From positions 177,463-241,462 of the forward strand of contig NW_027437431.1 of assembly GCF_964204645.1 (NCBI RefSeq): a DNA stretch of 64,000 nt, in the 5' to 3' direction. A model generated the notes under the pieces. That model saw only the letters and a program-made list of their open reading frames with translations. It was not told the DNA's origin and did no database searches. The position numbers were made by a program, and so were the translations under genes. This document shows positions 47,398-59,716 of this stretch, one piece after another (position 1 is the stretch's first letter; each line of letters begins with the position of its first letter). Origin of the DNA: Tubulanus polymorphus. Taxonomy: Eukaryota > Animalia > Nemertea.

Positions 47398-48801
47398 ATG
47401 GGAACTAAGTCGAGAAACTGGTCGTTCACAACCGACAATCGAGCAGAAGTCTGCCTCGAAAGTCAAATCGGAACGTCAACAGTAACCGTACACATAGGTC
47501 CGCAAGAAGATCCGGACGGTTACGCGCACGGAGTAATAATAACGTTAGCCAAAGGTACGCAACGACCGTTGAAACAGAGCGAAAACGCGATTAGACAACT
47601 GTTACACTCGCTAGGCATTAGATTAGTTAACGACTACATCAAACCGACGGAAAAATTAGGCGCCTACATTCAATACATGTACAAAGAAGCCGACAAAATA
47701 CCGGAAGAATTACGAGGTCACTTGGAGGTGAAAAACTCGAAAACGAACGACGACTTTTTCGGCCAAAAGATAAACGCGTTATACGCGGAATACCAACAAA
47801 GACCGGGACTAGCCGATTGGACGGCGAGAATAGTGAAGGAGTTCGGTTACAACGTACCCGAACTGAAAGTGAAAAGATCGTTTAAAAATTGGCCGGTAAG
47901 GGTAAAAGATATTACGAGAAACGCGGGTGACTTTGCGTTGAAAATGACGGACATAACAGAGCCGAAATTGACGCCGGAAATGGGAGTAGAAATTATAACG
48001 AAATGCCTGGATAACGTTCAATCGGCGATGTGGGATGGTAAACATATAAATAAACGTGACCTGCTGGTAATATTGGTGAACGCGGCGATCGAGGGAGGTA
48101 CGAGTAAAATCAGAAACGCGCCTCATATAATATTTTACGGAGATGCCGGGTCTGGTAAATCGATGTTGGCTAAATTATTGTTCCCGGATTCGATTACGAG
48201 CCAAATGCCGACGGATTCGGAAGGCGTAGGAGCGTGCGAGATGGGAGGAGGACAACGTATATTCAAAGTCGACGACGCCAGCGACGCTTTTTGGCACAAC
48301 TCGGGGTTGTTGTCGATGATACTCGCGATGTACCAGTCCACCTGGGAGGCAAAAGTACATTCTAGTAAACAAAGTAACCCGCCGTGTATGACGGTAATTA
48401 CGACGAATTGTAAGAATCCGTTAGAGAAGTTCGCCTCTACAGTAGCTTTGGAAGCTGTGGAAAGGAGATTCTTGTCGGTGTATTTCAAAGGTAAAGCAGA
48501 TTTGGGAAACGTAGTTTACGACATTACGCCGGGCGTATGCGAAGAAATATTAGAAATAATAGTTAACGAAATTAGACAAGGTAGATATCTGGACAACCAA
48601 GTCCACTTGGACGACTGGGAAACGGATGATGACGTGGTGATACCGTTCGAAAAAGAAAGAAACTTCATCGAAGCGTACCACGTAGGTCACATGTCGGACG
48701 CGATGCATCAGAATATGGAGGAAAGGTTAAAACGTAAACGTAAAGAAGAAGACGATACGAATGAAACTCTTAAGTTCGCTAAACGCGGGGAAATCCTGTA
48801 G
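47398..48801 (+). CDS. Viral Rep, copy 2
   Basis: Identical protein to copy 1. Confidence 0.9.
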   Translation: MGTKSRNWSFTTDNRAEVCLESQIGTSTVTVHIGPQEDPDGYAHGVIITLAKGTQRPLKQSENAIRQLLHSLGIRLVNDYIKPTEKLGAYIQYMYKEADKIPEELRGHLEVKNSKTNDDFFGQKINALYAEYQQRPGLADWTARIVKEFGYNVPELKVKRSFKNWPVRVKDITRNAGDFALKMTDITEPKLTPEMGVEIITKCLDNVQSAMWDGKHINKRDLLVILVNAAIEGGTSKIRNAPHIIFYGDAGSGKSMLAKLLFPDSITSQMPTDSEGVGACEMGGGQRIFKVDDASDAFWHNSGLLSMILAMYQSTWEAKVHSSKQSNPPCMTVITTNCKNPLEKFASTVALEAVERRFLSVYFKGKADLGNVVYDITPGVCEEILEIIVNEIRQGRYLDNQVHLDDWETDDDVVIPFEKERNFIEAYHVGHMSDAMHQNMEERLKRKRKEEDDTNETLKFAKRGEIL

Positions 48802-49498
48802 TTGGCAATGTAAATAAATCTATAAATAGAATTCTATAAATTTCTCAATTCGTTACTACCAGTGGACCCGCAGACCCGCGGACCCACTGGCTGTTCGTTT
48901 TTCATGGTCTACCCCCCCTTATATATATAATAAGGAAAGAGAAGGAGGGTCCGCGGGTCCGCGGGTCTGCGGTATTCTCTAAACCGAGAATCGAAAAGTT
49001 AATGAAACTAGGTCGGAAAGATAACAAATTATTATTCAATATATCCTAAAGCTTCTACGAGGTTGGTCACGCGCTCGCTACGCTCGCCAGCGTGACACAA
49101 CCTCGTGGACGCTCCAAAGATAATGAGTATGTGCTTGATAATGAGTGAATTAATTGGGAACCCTATAGCGGGTAAAAGGTAAGAAGTAGAAATTATAGGG
49201 TTAGGGGTTATCATTATACTCGGATGCCCACAGCCCGTGGTGGTCTGTGACAGTGGAGGTTAGTTAAAGTTCGAGGCGTGTGACTAGTCGGGGGGAATAA
49301 CATAGGCGGCTACGCCGCGATAGTTAGTCGGCAAGGTCGGCTGCGCCTCCGGCGGTACAGATTACATCTGAGTGTATTAGTCTACCAACGGAAGCCCAAA
49401 CCCTAAATAATATTAGTCGGAAAAATCTGAGTTAGAGGGTCGCAACCGGTTCAAACAATTTAACATCTCATACAGGTGACTCGTACTTTTAGTATCAA

Positions 49499-50581
49499 AT
49501 GCCATCGTTGAAACGGAGGCGAAACGGATTTACATTGCCCGGTTTACCACATTGCGGTCCATTCAACGATATATCCAGTTACAAAAGCGAAGGAATAGAC
49601 GAAGTGTGCCGTATTCACGACAAAGAGTACGGAGAACTGCAAGAGAAATACGGTAAATGGGCTCCGTACTTCCAGTACAATTCAGCGGATCAGACATTTT
49701 TGGACAGTGCTTCGGGTGTGAACGGTGTAGGTGCGAGACTAACGTCGAGTGTATTCAGAGCAAAACGGGCGTTATTTCCAACAATGGCGGAAGAACCGGC
49801 ATTAAAAAGATCAAAGAGAACGGCGGAAACGGGGAGCGAAGAAGGGAACGCCCAACAAATGATGACTCACATGACGGAAAAGCCGTCACTACACTATAAG
49901 AGCGTGTTAATACATAGAGGTTACCTAACGTTTACGAATTGGGATCCGGACCAGGCGTACGGAGCATTCGGAAGAAAAGCGAAGATTTACTGTTCGGGAA
50001 TGAGAACGTTTAACTTCGGATTAAAAGAAAGAGAAGGATGGAGAAGATTTCCAGCCAGCATGGATACCATAGGGATGTGGGATCAATTCAAAGTGACTTC
50101 GGGTAAAATAACGTTATACCCCATAGCGAGCGAAAGCGCGGTAAGCTCTGATTCGAACGCGTTCCAAGATCCGATAGTATGGTTAAAGACGGCAGCCGAT
50201 TGGGACTTGAAAGTGAAAGACTCGGCCGCCAATACTCACCAGGGATCGCCGTACGCCGATATAAATTTATTAACTCAAAAGCAAAGCTACAGGCAATACG
50301 AATTAGGTCGGGGATGCGTTAGCATGGGATTACCCATGTCGACCATAAGAACCGAAATACAAGACACGAGTGACCCGACAGACGTTACCAGATCGGTGAA
50401 TATCGGGGATAACTCGGCGTGGTTAGACGGAGCGTACCGCGATCATTGGCAATCAGCCGCGCTCATTATGCAAATGTTAGTGTACAACGATTCGATACAC
50501 GCGGATTTAAACACGCCCCATACAGAAATTATCGTTCCAGCGGAAGTGGAGTTTACGATGATTCATAGAAACAGAGTATAA
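49499..50581 (+). CDS. Viral PLA2-capsid protein, copy 3
   Basis: Identical protein to copy 1. Confidence 0.85.
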   Translation: MPSLKRRRNGFTLPGLPHCGPFNDISSYKSEGIDEVCRIHDKEYGELQEKYGKWAPYFQYNSADQTFLDSASGVNGVGARLTSSVFRAKRALFPTMAEEPALKRSKRTAETGSEEGNAQQMMTHMTEKPSLHYKSVLIHRGYLTFTNWDPDQAYGAFGRKAKIYCSGMRTFNFGLKEREGWRRFPASMDTIGMWDQFKVTSGKITLYPIASESAVSSDSNAFQDPIVWLKTAADWDLKVKDSAANTHQGSPYADINLLTQKQSYRQYELGRGCVSMGLPMSTIRTEIQDTSDPTDVTRSVNIGDNSAWLDGAYRDHWQSAALIMQMLVYNDSIHADLNTPHTEIIVPAEVEFTMIHRNRV

Positions 50582-50803
50582 TATGATAATAACTTTCCTA
50601 TTCTTGGCATCCGGTTTCCTACACGAGTACAAGTGGCACGTATATACTAAACGTATCATGAGTAGAACGCAACGATTCATGAAAATAAGAGACGAAGTGG
50701 CGAACGAGTGGGTCATCAAACACGACGTCAACGAAAATCGGGTACTAAGGGAACAACACATTACAGAAGTAGCGAAAAGGATATTCTACTACCGGGAAAA
50801 ACA

Positions 50804-52207
50804 ATGGGAACTAAGTCGAGAAACTGGTCGTTCACAACCGACAATCGAGCAGAAGTCTGCCTCGAAAGTCAAATCGGAACGTCAACAGTAACCGTACACA
50901 TAGGTCCGCAAGAAGATCCGGACGGTTACGCGCACGGAGTAATAATAACGTTAGCCAAAGGTACGCAACGACCGTTGAAACAGAGCGAAAACGCGATTAG
51001 ACAACTGTTACACTCGCTAGGCATTAGATTAGTTAACGACTACATCAAACCGACGGAAAAATTAGGCGCCTACATTCAATACATGTACAAAGAAGCCGAC
51101 AAAATACCGGAAGAATTACGAGGTCACTTGGAGGTGAAAAACTCGAAAACGAACGACGACTTTTTCGGCCAAAAGATAAACGCGTTATACGCGGAATACC
51201 AACAAAGACCGGGACTAGCCGATTGGACGGCGAGAATAGTGAAGGAGTTCGGTTACAACGTACCCGAACTGAAAGTGAAAAGATCGTTTAAAAATTGGCC
51301 GGTAAGGGTAAAAGATATTACGAGAAACGCGGGTGACTTTGCGTTGAAAATGACGGACATAACAGAGCCGAAATTGACGCCGGAAATGGGAGTAGAAATT
51401 ATAACGAAATGCCTGGATAACGTTCAATCGGCGATGTGGGATGGTAAACATATAAATAAACGTGACCTGCTGGTAATATTGGTGAACGCGGCGATCGAGG
51501 GAGGTACGAGTAAAATCAGAAACGCGCCTCATATAATATTTTACGGAGATGCCGGGTCTGGTAAATCGATGTTGGCTAAATTATTGTTCCCGGATTCGAT
51601 TACGAGCCAAATGCCGACGGATTCGGAAGGCGTAGGAGCGTGCGAGATGGGAGGAGGACAACGTATATTCAAAGTCGACGACGCCAGCGACGCTTTTTGG
51701 CACAACTCGGGGTTGTTGTCGATGATACTCGCGATGTACCAGTCCACCTGGGAGGCAAAAGTACATTCTAGTAAACAAAGTAACCCGCCGTGTATGACGG
51801 TAATTACGACGAATTGTAAGAATCCGTTAGAGAAGTTCGCCTCTACAGTAGCTTTGGAAGCTGTGGAAAGGAGATTCTTGTCGGTGTATTTCAAAGGTAA
51901 AGCAGATTTGGGAAACGTAGTTTACGACATTACGCCGGGCGTATGCGAAGAAATATTAGAAATAATAGTTAACGAAATTAGACAAGGTAGATATCTGGAC
52001 AACCAAGTCCACTTGGACGACTGGGAAACGGATGATGACGTGGTGATACCGTTCGAAAAAGAAAGAAACTTCATCGAAGCGTACCACGTAGGTCACATGT
52101 CGGACGCGATGCATCAGAATATGGAGGAAAGGTTAAAACGTAAACGTAAAGAAGAAGACGATACGAATGAAACTCTTAAGTTCGCTAAACGCGGGGAAAT
52201 CCTGTAG
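50804..52207 (+). CDS. Viral Rep, copy 3
   Basis: Identical protein to copy 1. Confidence 0.9.
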   Translation: MGTKSRNWSFTTDNRAEVCLESQIGTSTVTVHIGPQEDPDGYAHGVIITLAKGTQRPLKQSENAIRQLLHSLGIRLVNDYIKPTEKLGAYIQYMYKEADKIPEELRGHLEVKNSKTNDDFFGQKINALYAEYQQRPGLADWTARIVKEFGYNVPELKVKRSFKNWPVRVKDITRNAGDFALKMTDITEPKLTPEMGVEIITKCLDNVQSAMWDGKHINKRDLLVILVNAAIEGGTSKIRNAPHIIFYGDAGSGKSMLAKLLFPDSITSQMPTDSEGVGACEMGGGQRIFKVDDASDAFWHNSGLLSMILAMYQSTWEAKVHSSKQSNPPCMTVITTNCKNPLEKFASTVALEAVERRFLSVYFKGKADLGNVVYDITPGVCEEILEIIVNEIRQGRYLDNQVHLDDWETDDDVVIPFEKERNFIEAYHVGHMSDAMHQNMEERLKRKRKEEDDTNETLKFAKRGEIL

Positions 52208-52904
52208 TTGGCAATGTAAATAAATCTATAAATAGAATTCTATAAATTTCTCAATTCGTTACTACCAGTGGACCCGCAGACCCGCGGACCCACTGGCTGT
52301 TCGTTTTTCATGGTCTACCCCCCCTTATATATATAATAAGGAAAGAGAAGGAGGGTCCGCGGGTCCGCGGGTCTGCGGTATTCTCTAAACCGAGAATCGA
52401 AAAGTTAATGAAACTAGGTCGGAAAGATAACAAATTATTATTCAATATATCCTAAAGCTTCTACGAGGTTGGTCACGCGCTCGCTACGCTCGCCAGCGTG
52501 ACACAACCTCGTGGACGCTCCAAAGATAATGAGTATGTGCTTGATAATGAGTGAATTAATTGGGAACCCTATAGCGGGTAAAAGGTAAGAAGTAGAAATT
52601 ATAGGGTTAGGGGTTATCATTATACTCGGATGCCCACAGCCCGTGGTGGTCTGTGACAGTGGAGGTTAGTTAAAGTTCGAGGCGTGTGACTAGTCGGGGG
52701 GAATAACATAGGCGGCTACGCCGCGATAGTTAGTCGGCAAGGTCGGCTGCGCCTCCGGCGGTACAGATTACATCTGAGTGTATTAGTCTACCAACGGAAG
52801 CCCAAACCCTAAATAATATTAGTCGGAAAAATCTGAGTTAGAGGGTCGCAACCGGTTCAAACAATTTAACATCTCATACAGGTGACTCGTACTTTTAGTA
52901 TCAA

Positions 52905-53987
52905 ATGCCATCGTTGAAACGGAGGCGAAACGGATTTACATTGCCCGGTTTACCACATTGCGGTCCATTCAACGATATATCCAGTTACAAAAGCGAAGGA
53001 ATAGACGAAGTGTGCCGTATTCACGACAAAGAGTACGGAGAACTGCAAGAGAAATACGGTAAATGGGCTCCGTACTTCCAGTACAATTCAGCGGATCAGA
53101 CATTTTTGGACAGTGCTTCGGGTGTGAACGGTGTAGGTGCGAGACTAACGTCGAGTGTATTCAGAGCAAAACGGGCGTTATTTCCAACAATGGCGGAAGA
53201 ACCGGCATTAAAAAGATCAAAGAGAACGGCGGAAACGGGGAGCGAAGAAGGGAACGCCCAACAAATGATGACTCACATGACGGAAAAGCCGTCACTACAC
53301 TATAAGAGCGTGTTAATACATAGAGGTTACCTAACGTTTACGAATTGGGATCCGGACCAGGCGTACGGAGCATTCGGAAGAAAAGCGAAGATTTACTGTT
53401 CGGGAATGAGAACGTTTAACTTCGGATTAAAAGAAAGAGAAGGATGGAGAAGATTTCCAGCCAGCATGGATACCATAGGGATGTGGGATCAATTCAAAGT
53501 GACTTCGGGTAAAATAACGTTATACCCCATAGCGAGCGAAAGCGCGGTAAGCTCTGATTCGAACGCGTTCCAAGATCCGATAGTATGGTTAAAGACGGCA
53601 GCCGATTGGGACTTGAAAGTGAAAGACTCGGCCGCCAATACTCACCAGGGATCGCCGTACGCCGATATAAATTTATTAACTCAAAAGCAAAGCTACAGGC
53701 AATACGAATTAGGTCGGGGATGCGTTAGCATGGGATTACCCATGTCGACCATAAGAACCGAAATACAAGACACGAGTGACCCGACAGACGTTACCAGATC
53801 GGTGAATATCGGGGATAACTCGGCGTGGTTAGACGGAGCGTACCGCGATCATTGGCAATCAGCCGCGCTCATTATGCAAATGTTAGTGTACAACTATTCG
53901 ATACACGCGGATTTAAACACGCCCCATACAGAAATTATCGTTCCAGCGGAAGTGGAGTTTACGATGATTCATAGAAACAGAGTATAA
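52905..53987 (+). CDS. Viral PLA2-capsid protein, copy 4 (D331Y variant)
   Basis: G>T at 53895 relative to the other copies. Confidence 0.85.
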   Translation: MPSLKRRRNGFTLPGLPHCGPFNDISSYKSEGIDEVCRIHDKEYGELQEKYGKWAPYFQYNSADQTFLDSASGVNGVGARLTSSVFRAKRALFPTMAEEPALKRSKRTAETGSEEGNAQQMMTHMTEKPSLHYKSVLIHRGYLTFTNWDPDQAYGAFGRKAKIYCSGMRTFNFGLKEREGWRRFPASMDTIGMWDQFKVTSGKITLYPIASESAVSSDSNAFQDPIVWLKTAADWDLKVKDSAANTHQGSPYADINLLTQKQSYRQYELGRGCVSMGLPMSTIRTEIQDTSDPTDVTRSVNIGDNSAWLDGAYRDHWQSAALIMQMLVYNYSIHADLNTPHTEIIVPAEVEFTMIHRNRV

Positions 53988-54209
53988 TATGATAATAACT
54001 TTCCTATTCTTGGCATCCGGTTTCCTACACGAGTACAAGTGGCACGTATATACTAAACGTATCATGAGTAGAACGCAACGATTCATGAAAATAAGAGACG
54101 AAGTGGCGAACGAGTGGGTCATCAAACACGACGTCAACGAAAATCGGGTACTAAGGGAACAACACATTACAGAAGTAGCGAAAAGGATATTCTACTACCG
54201 GGAAAAACA

Positions 54210-55613
54210 ATGGGAACTAAGTCGAGAAACTGGTCGTTCACAACCGACAATCGAGCAGAAGTCTGCCTCGAAAGTCAAATCGGAACGTCAACAGTAACCG
54301 TACACATAGGTCCGCAAGAAGATCCGGACGGTTACGCGCACGGAGTAATAATAACGTTAGCCAAAGGTACGCAACGACCGTTGAAACAGAGCGAAAACGC
54401 GATTAGACAACTGTTACACTCGCTAGGCATTAGATTAGTTAACGACTACATCAAACCGACGGAAAAATTAGGCGCCTACATTCAATACATGTACAAAGAA
54501 GCCGACAAAATACCGGAAGAATTACGAGGTCACTTGGAGGTGAAAAACTCGAAAACGAACGACGACTTTTTCGGCCAAAAGATAAACGCGTTATACGCGG
54601 AATACCAACAAAGACCGGGACTAGCCGATTGGACGGCGAGAATAGTGAAGGAGTTCGGTTACAACGTACCCGAACTGAAAGTGAAAAGATCGTTTAAAAA
54701 TTGGCCGGTAAGGGTAAAAGATATTACGAGAAACGCGGGTGACTTTGCGTTGAAAATGACGGACATAACAGAGCCGAAATTGACGCCGGAAATGGGAGTA
54801 GAAATTATAACGAAATGCCTGGATAACGTTCAATCGGCGATGTGGGATGGTAAACATATAAATAAACGTGACCTGCTGGTAATATTGGTGAACGCGGCGA
54901 TCGAGGGAGGTACGAGTAAAATCAGAAACGCGCCTCATATAATATTTTACGGAGATGCCGGGTCTGGTAAATCGATGTTGGCTAAATTATTGTTCCCGGA
55001 TTCGATTACGAGCCAAATGCCGACGGATTCGGAAGGCGTAGGAGCGTGCGAGATGGGAGGAGGACAACGTATATTCAAAGTCGACGACGCCAGCGACGCT
55101 TTTTGGCACAACTCGGGGTTGTTGTCGATGATACTCGCGATGTACCAGTCCACCTGGGAGGCAAAAGTACATTCTAGTAAACAAAGTAACCCGCCGTGTA
55201 TGACGGTAATTACGACGAATTGTAAGAATCCGTTAGAGAAGTTCGCCTCTACAGTAGCTTTGGAAGCTGTGGAAAGGAGATTCTTGTCGGTGTATTTCAA
55301 AGGTAAAGCAGATTTGGGAAACGTAGTTTACGACATTACGCCGGGCGTATGCGAAGAAATATTAGAAATAATAGTTAACGAAATTAGACAAGGTAGATAT
55401 CTGGACAACCAAGTCCACTTGGACGACTGGGAAACGGATGATGACGTGGTGATACCGTTCGAAAAAGAAAGAAACTTCATCGAAGCGTACCACGTAGGTC
55501 ACATGTCGGACGCGATGCATCAGAATATGGAGGAAAGGTTAAAACGTAAACGTAAAGAAGAAGACGATACGAATGAAACTCTTAAGTTCGCTAAACGCGG
55601 GGAAATCCTGTAG
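54210..55613 (+). CDS. Viral Rep, copy 4
   Basis: Identical protein to copy 1. Confidence 0.9.
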   Translation: MGTKSRNWSFTTDNRAEVCLESQIGTSTVTVHIGPQEDPDGYAHGVIITLAKGTQRPLKQSENAIRQLLHSLGIRLVNDYIKPTEKLGAYIQYMYKEADKIPEELRGHLEVKNSKTNDDFFGQKINALYAEYQQRPGLADWTARIVKEFGYNVPELKVKRSFKNWPVRVKDITRNAGDFALKMTDITEPKLTPEMGVEIITKCLDNVQSAMWDGKHINKRDLLVILVNAAIEGGTSKIRNAPHIIFYGDAGSGKSMLAKLLFPDSITSQMPTDSEGVGACEMGGGQRIFKVDDASDAFWHNSGLLSMILAMYQSTWEAKVHSSKQSNPPCMTVITTNCKNPLEKFASTVALEAVERRFLSVYFKGKADLGNVVYDITPGVCEEILEIIVNEIRQGRYLDNQVHLDDWETDDDVVIPFEKERNFIEAYHVGHMSDAMHQNMEERLKRKRKEEDDTNETLKFAKRGEIL

Positions 55614-56310
55614 TTGGCAATGTAAATAAATCTATAAATAGAATTCTATAAATTTCTCAATTCGTTACTACCAGTGGACCCGCAGACCCGCGGACCCACT
55701 GGCTGTTCGTTTTTCATGGTCTACCCCCCCTTATATATATAATAAGGAAAGAGAAGGAGGGTCCGCGGGTCCGCGGGTCTGCGGTATTCTCTAAACCGAG
55801 AATCGAAAAGTTAATGAAACTAGGTCGGAAAGATAACAAATTATTATTCAATATATCCTAAAGCTTCTACGAGGTTGGTCACGCGCTCGCTACGCTCGCC
55901 AGCGTGACACAACCTCGTGGACGCTCCAAAGATAATGAGTATGTGCTTGATAATGAGTGAATTAATTGGGAACCCTATAGCGGGTAAAAGGTAAGAAGTA
56001 GAAATTATAGGGTTAGGGGTTATCATTATACTCGGATGCCCACAGCCCGTGGTGGTCTGTGACAGTGGAGGTTAGTTAAAGTTCGAGGCGTGTGACTAGT
56101 CGGGGGGAATAACATAGGCGGCTACGCCGCGATAGTTAGTCGGCAAGGTCGGCTGCGCCTCCGGCGGTACAGATTACATCTGAGTGTATTAGTCTACCAA
56201 CGGAAGCCCAAACCCTAAATAATATTAGTCGGAAAAATCTGAGTTAGAGGGTCGCAACCGGTTCAAACAATTTAACATCTCATACAGGTGACTCGTACTT
56301 TTAGTATCAA

Positions 56311-57393
56311 ATGCCATCGTTGAAACGGAGGCGAAACGGATTTACATTGCCCGGTTTACCACATTGCGGTCCATTCAACGATATATCCAGTTACAAAAGC
56401 GAAGGAATAGACGAAGTGTGCCGTATTCACGACAAAGAGTACGGAGAACTGCAAGAGAAATACGGTAAATGGGCTCCGTACTTCCAGTACAATTCAGCGG
56501 ATCAGACATTTTTGGACAGTGCTTCGGGTGTGAACGGTGTAGGTGCGAGACTAACGTCGAGTGTATTCAGAGCAAAACGGGCGTTATTTCCAACAATGGC
56601 GGAAGAACCGGCATTAAAAAGATCAAAGAGAACGGCGGAAACGGGGAGCGAAGAAGGGAACGCCCAACAAATGATGACTCACATGACGGAAAAGCCGTCA
56701 CTACACTATAAGAGCGTGTTAATACATAGAGGTTACCTAACGTTTACGAATTGGGATCCGGACCAGGCGTACGGAGCATTCGGAAGAAAAGCGAAGATTT
56801 ACTGTTCGGGAATGAGAACGTTTAACTTCGGATTAAAAGAAAGAGAAGGATGGAGAAGATTTCCAGCCAGCATGGATACCATAGGGATGTGGGATCAATT
56901 CAAAGTGACTTCGGGTAAAATAACGTTATACCCCATAGCGAGCGAAAGCGCGGTAAGCTCTGATTCGAACGCGTTCCAAGATCCGATAGTATGGTTAAAG
57001 ACGGCAGCCGATTGGGACTTGAAAGTGAAAGACTCGGCCGCCAATACTCACCAGGGATCGCCGTACGCCGATATAAATTTATTAACTCAAAAGCAAAGCT
57101 ACAGGCAATACGAATTAGGTCGGGGATGCGTTAGCATGGGATTACCCATGTCGACCATAAGAACCGAAATACAAGACACGAGTGACCCGACAGACGTTAC
57201 CAGATCGGTGAATATCGGGGATAACTCGGCGTGGTTAGACGGAGCGTACCGCGATCATTGGCAATCAGCCGCGCTCATTATGCAAATGTTAGTGTACAAC
57301 GATTCGATACACGCGGATTTAAACACGCCCCATACAGAAATTATCGTTCCAGCGGAAGTGGAGTTTACGATGATTCATAGAAACAGAGTATAA
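56311..57393 (+). CDS. Viral PLA2-capsid protein, copy 5
   Basis: Identical protein to copy 1. Confidence 0.85.
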   Translation: MPSLKRRRNGFTLPGLPHCGPFNDISSYKSEGIDEVCRIHDKEYGELQEKYGKWAPYFQYNSADQTFLDSASGVNGVGARLTSSVFRAKRALFPTMAEEPALKRSKRTAETGSEEGNAQQMMTHMTEKPSLHYKSVLIHRGYLTFTNWDPDQAYGAFGRKAKIYCSGMRTFNFGLKEREGWRRFPASMDTIGMWDQFKVTSGKITLYPIASESAVSSDSNAFQDPIVWLKTAADWDLKVKDSAANTHQGSPYADINLLTQKQSYRQYELGRGCVSMGLPMSTIRTEIQDTSDPTDVTRSVNIGDNSAWLDGAYRDHWQSAALIMQMLVYNDSIHADLNTPHTEIIVPAEVEFTMIHRNRV

Positions 57394-57615
57394 TATGATA
57401 ATAACTTTCCTATTCTTGGCATCCGGTTTCCTACACGAGTACAAGTGGCACGTATATACTAAACGTATCATGAGTAGAACGCAACGATTCATGAAAATAA
57501 GAGACGAAGTGGCGAACGAGTGGGTCATCAAACACGACGTCAACGAAAATCGGGTACTAAGGGAACAACACATTACAGAAGTAGCGAAAAGGATATTCTA
57601 CTACCGGGAAAAACA

Positions 57616-59019
57616 ATGGGAACTAAGTCGAGAAACTGGTCGTTCACAACCGACAATCGAGCAGAAGTCTGCCTCGAAAGTCAAATCGGAACGTCAACAG
57701 TAACCGTACACATAGGTCCGCAAGAAGATCCGGACGGTTACGCGCACGGAGTAATAATAACGTTAGCCAAAGGTACGCAACGACCGTTGAAACAGAGCGA
57801 AAACGCGATTAGACAACTGTTACACTCGCTAGGCATTAGATTAGTTAACGACTACATCAAACCGACGGAAAAATTAGGCGCCTACATTCAATACATGTAC
57901 AAAGAAGCCGACAAAATACCGGAAGAATTACGAGGTCACTTGGAGGTGAAAAACTCGAAAACGAACGACGACTTTTTCGGCCAAAAGATAAACGCGTTAT
58001 ACGCGGAATACCAACAAAGACCGGGACTAGCCGATTGGACGGCGAGAATAGTGAAGGAGTTCGGTTACAACGTACCCGAACTGAAAGTGAAAAGATCGTT
58101 TAAAAATTGGCCGGTAAGGGTAAAAGATATTACGAGAAACGCGGGTGACTTTGCGTTGAAAATGACGGACATAACAGAGCCGAAATTGACGCCGGAAATG
58201 GGAGTAGAAATTATAACGAAATGCCTGGATAACGTTCAATCGGCGATGTGGGATGGTAAACATATAAATAAACGTGACCTGCTGGTAATATTGGTGAACG
58301 CGGCGATCGAGGGAGGTACGAGTAAAATCAGAAACGCGCCTCATATAATATTTTACGGAGATGCCGGGTCTGGTAAATCGATGTTGGCTAAATTATTGTT
58401 CCCGGATTCGATTACGAGCCAAATGCCGACGGATTCGGAAGGCGTAGGAGCGTGCGAGATGGGAGGAGGACAACGTATATTCAAAGTCGACGACGCCAGC
58501 GACGCTTTTTGGCACAACTCGGGGTTGTTGTCGATGATACTCGCGATGTACCAGTCCACCTGGGAGGCAAAAGTACATTCTAGTAAACAAAGTAACCCGC
58601 CGTGTATGACGGTAATTACGACGAATTGTAAGAATCCGTTAGAGAAGTTCGCCTCTACAGTAGCTTTGGAAGCTGTGGAAAGGAGATTCTTGTCGGTGTA
58701 TTTCAAAGGTAAAGCAGATTTGGGAAACGTAGTTTACGACATTACGCCGGGCGTATGCGAAGAAATATTAGAAATAATAGTTAACGAAATTAGACAAGGT
58801 AGATATCTGGACAACCAAGTCCACTTGGACGACTGGGAAACGGATGATGACGTGGTGATACCGTTCGAAAAAGAAAGAAACTTCATCGAAGCGTACCACG
58901 TAGGTCACATGTCGGACGCGATGCATCAGAATATGGAGGAAAGGTTAAAACGTAAACGTAAAGAAGAAGACGATACGAATGAAACTCTTAAGTTCGCTAA
59001 ACGCGGGGAAATCCTGTAG
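57616..59019 (+). CDS. Viral Rep, copy 5
   Basis: Identical protein to copy 1. Confidence 0.9.
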   Translation: MGTKSRNWSFTTDNRAEVCLESQIGTSTVTVHIGPQEDPDGYAHGVIITLAKGTQRPLKQSENAIRQLLHSLGIRLVNDYIKPTEKLGAYIQYMYKEADKIPEELRGHLEVKNSKTNDDFFGQKINALYAEYQQRPGLADWTARIVKEFGYNVPELKVKRSFKNWPVRVKDITRNAGDFALKMTDITEPKLTPEMGVEIITKCLDNVQSAMWDGKHINKRDLLVILVNAAIEGGTSKIRNAPHIIFYGDAGSGKSMLAKLLFPDSITSQMPTDSEGVGACEMGGGQRIFKVDDASDAFWHNSGLLSMILAMYQSTWEAKVHSSKQSNPPCMTVITTNCKNPLEKFASTVALEAVERRFLSVYFKGKADLGNVVYDITPGVCEEILEIIVNEIRQGRYLDNQVHLDDWETDDDVVIPFEKERNFIEAYHVGHMSDAMHQNMEERLKRKRKEEDDTNETLKFAKRGEIL

Positions 59020-59716
59020 TTGGCAATGTAAATAAATCTATAAATAGAATTCTATAAATTTCTCAATTCGTTACTACCAGTGGACCCGCAGACCCGCGGA
59101 CCCACTGGCTGTTCGTTTTTCATGGTCTACCCCCCCTTATATATATAATAAGGAAAGAGAAGGAGGGTCCGCGGGTCCGCGGGTCTGCGGTATTCTCTAA
59201 ACCGAGAATCGAAAAGTTAATGAAACTAGGTCGGAAAGATAACAAATTATTATTCAATATATCCTAAAGCTTCTACGAGGTTGGTCACGCGCTCGCTACG
59301 CTCGCCAGCGTGACACAACCTCGTGGACGCTCCAAAGATAATGAGTATGTGCTTGATAATGAGTGAATTAATTGGGAACCCTATAGCGGGTAAAAGGTAA
59401 GAAGTAGAAATTATAGGGTTAGGGGTTATCATTATACTCGGATGCCCACAGCCCGTGGTGGTCTGTGACAGTGGAGGTTAGTTAAAGTTCGAGGCGTGTG
59501 ACTAGTCGGGGGGAATAACATAGGCGGCTACGCCGCGATAGTTAGTCGGCAAGGTCGGCTGCGCCTCCGGCGGTACAGATTACATCTGAGTGTATTAGTC
59601 TACCAACGGAAGCCCAAACCCTAAATAATATTAGTCGGAAAAATCTGAGTTAGAGGGTCGCAACCGGTTCAAACAATTTAACATCTCATACAGGTGACTC
59701 GTACTTTTAGTATCAA

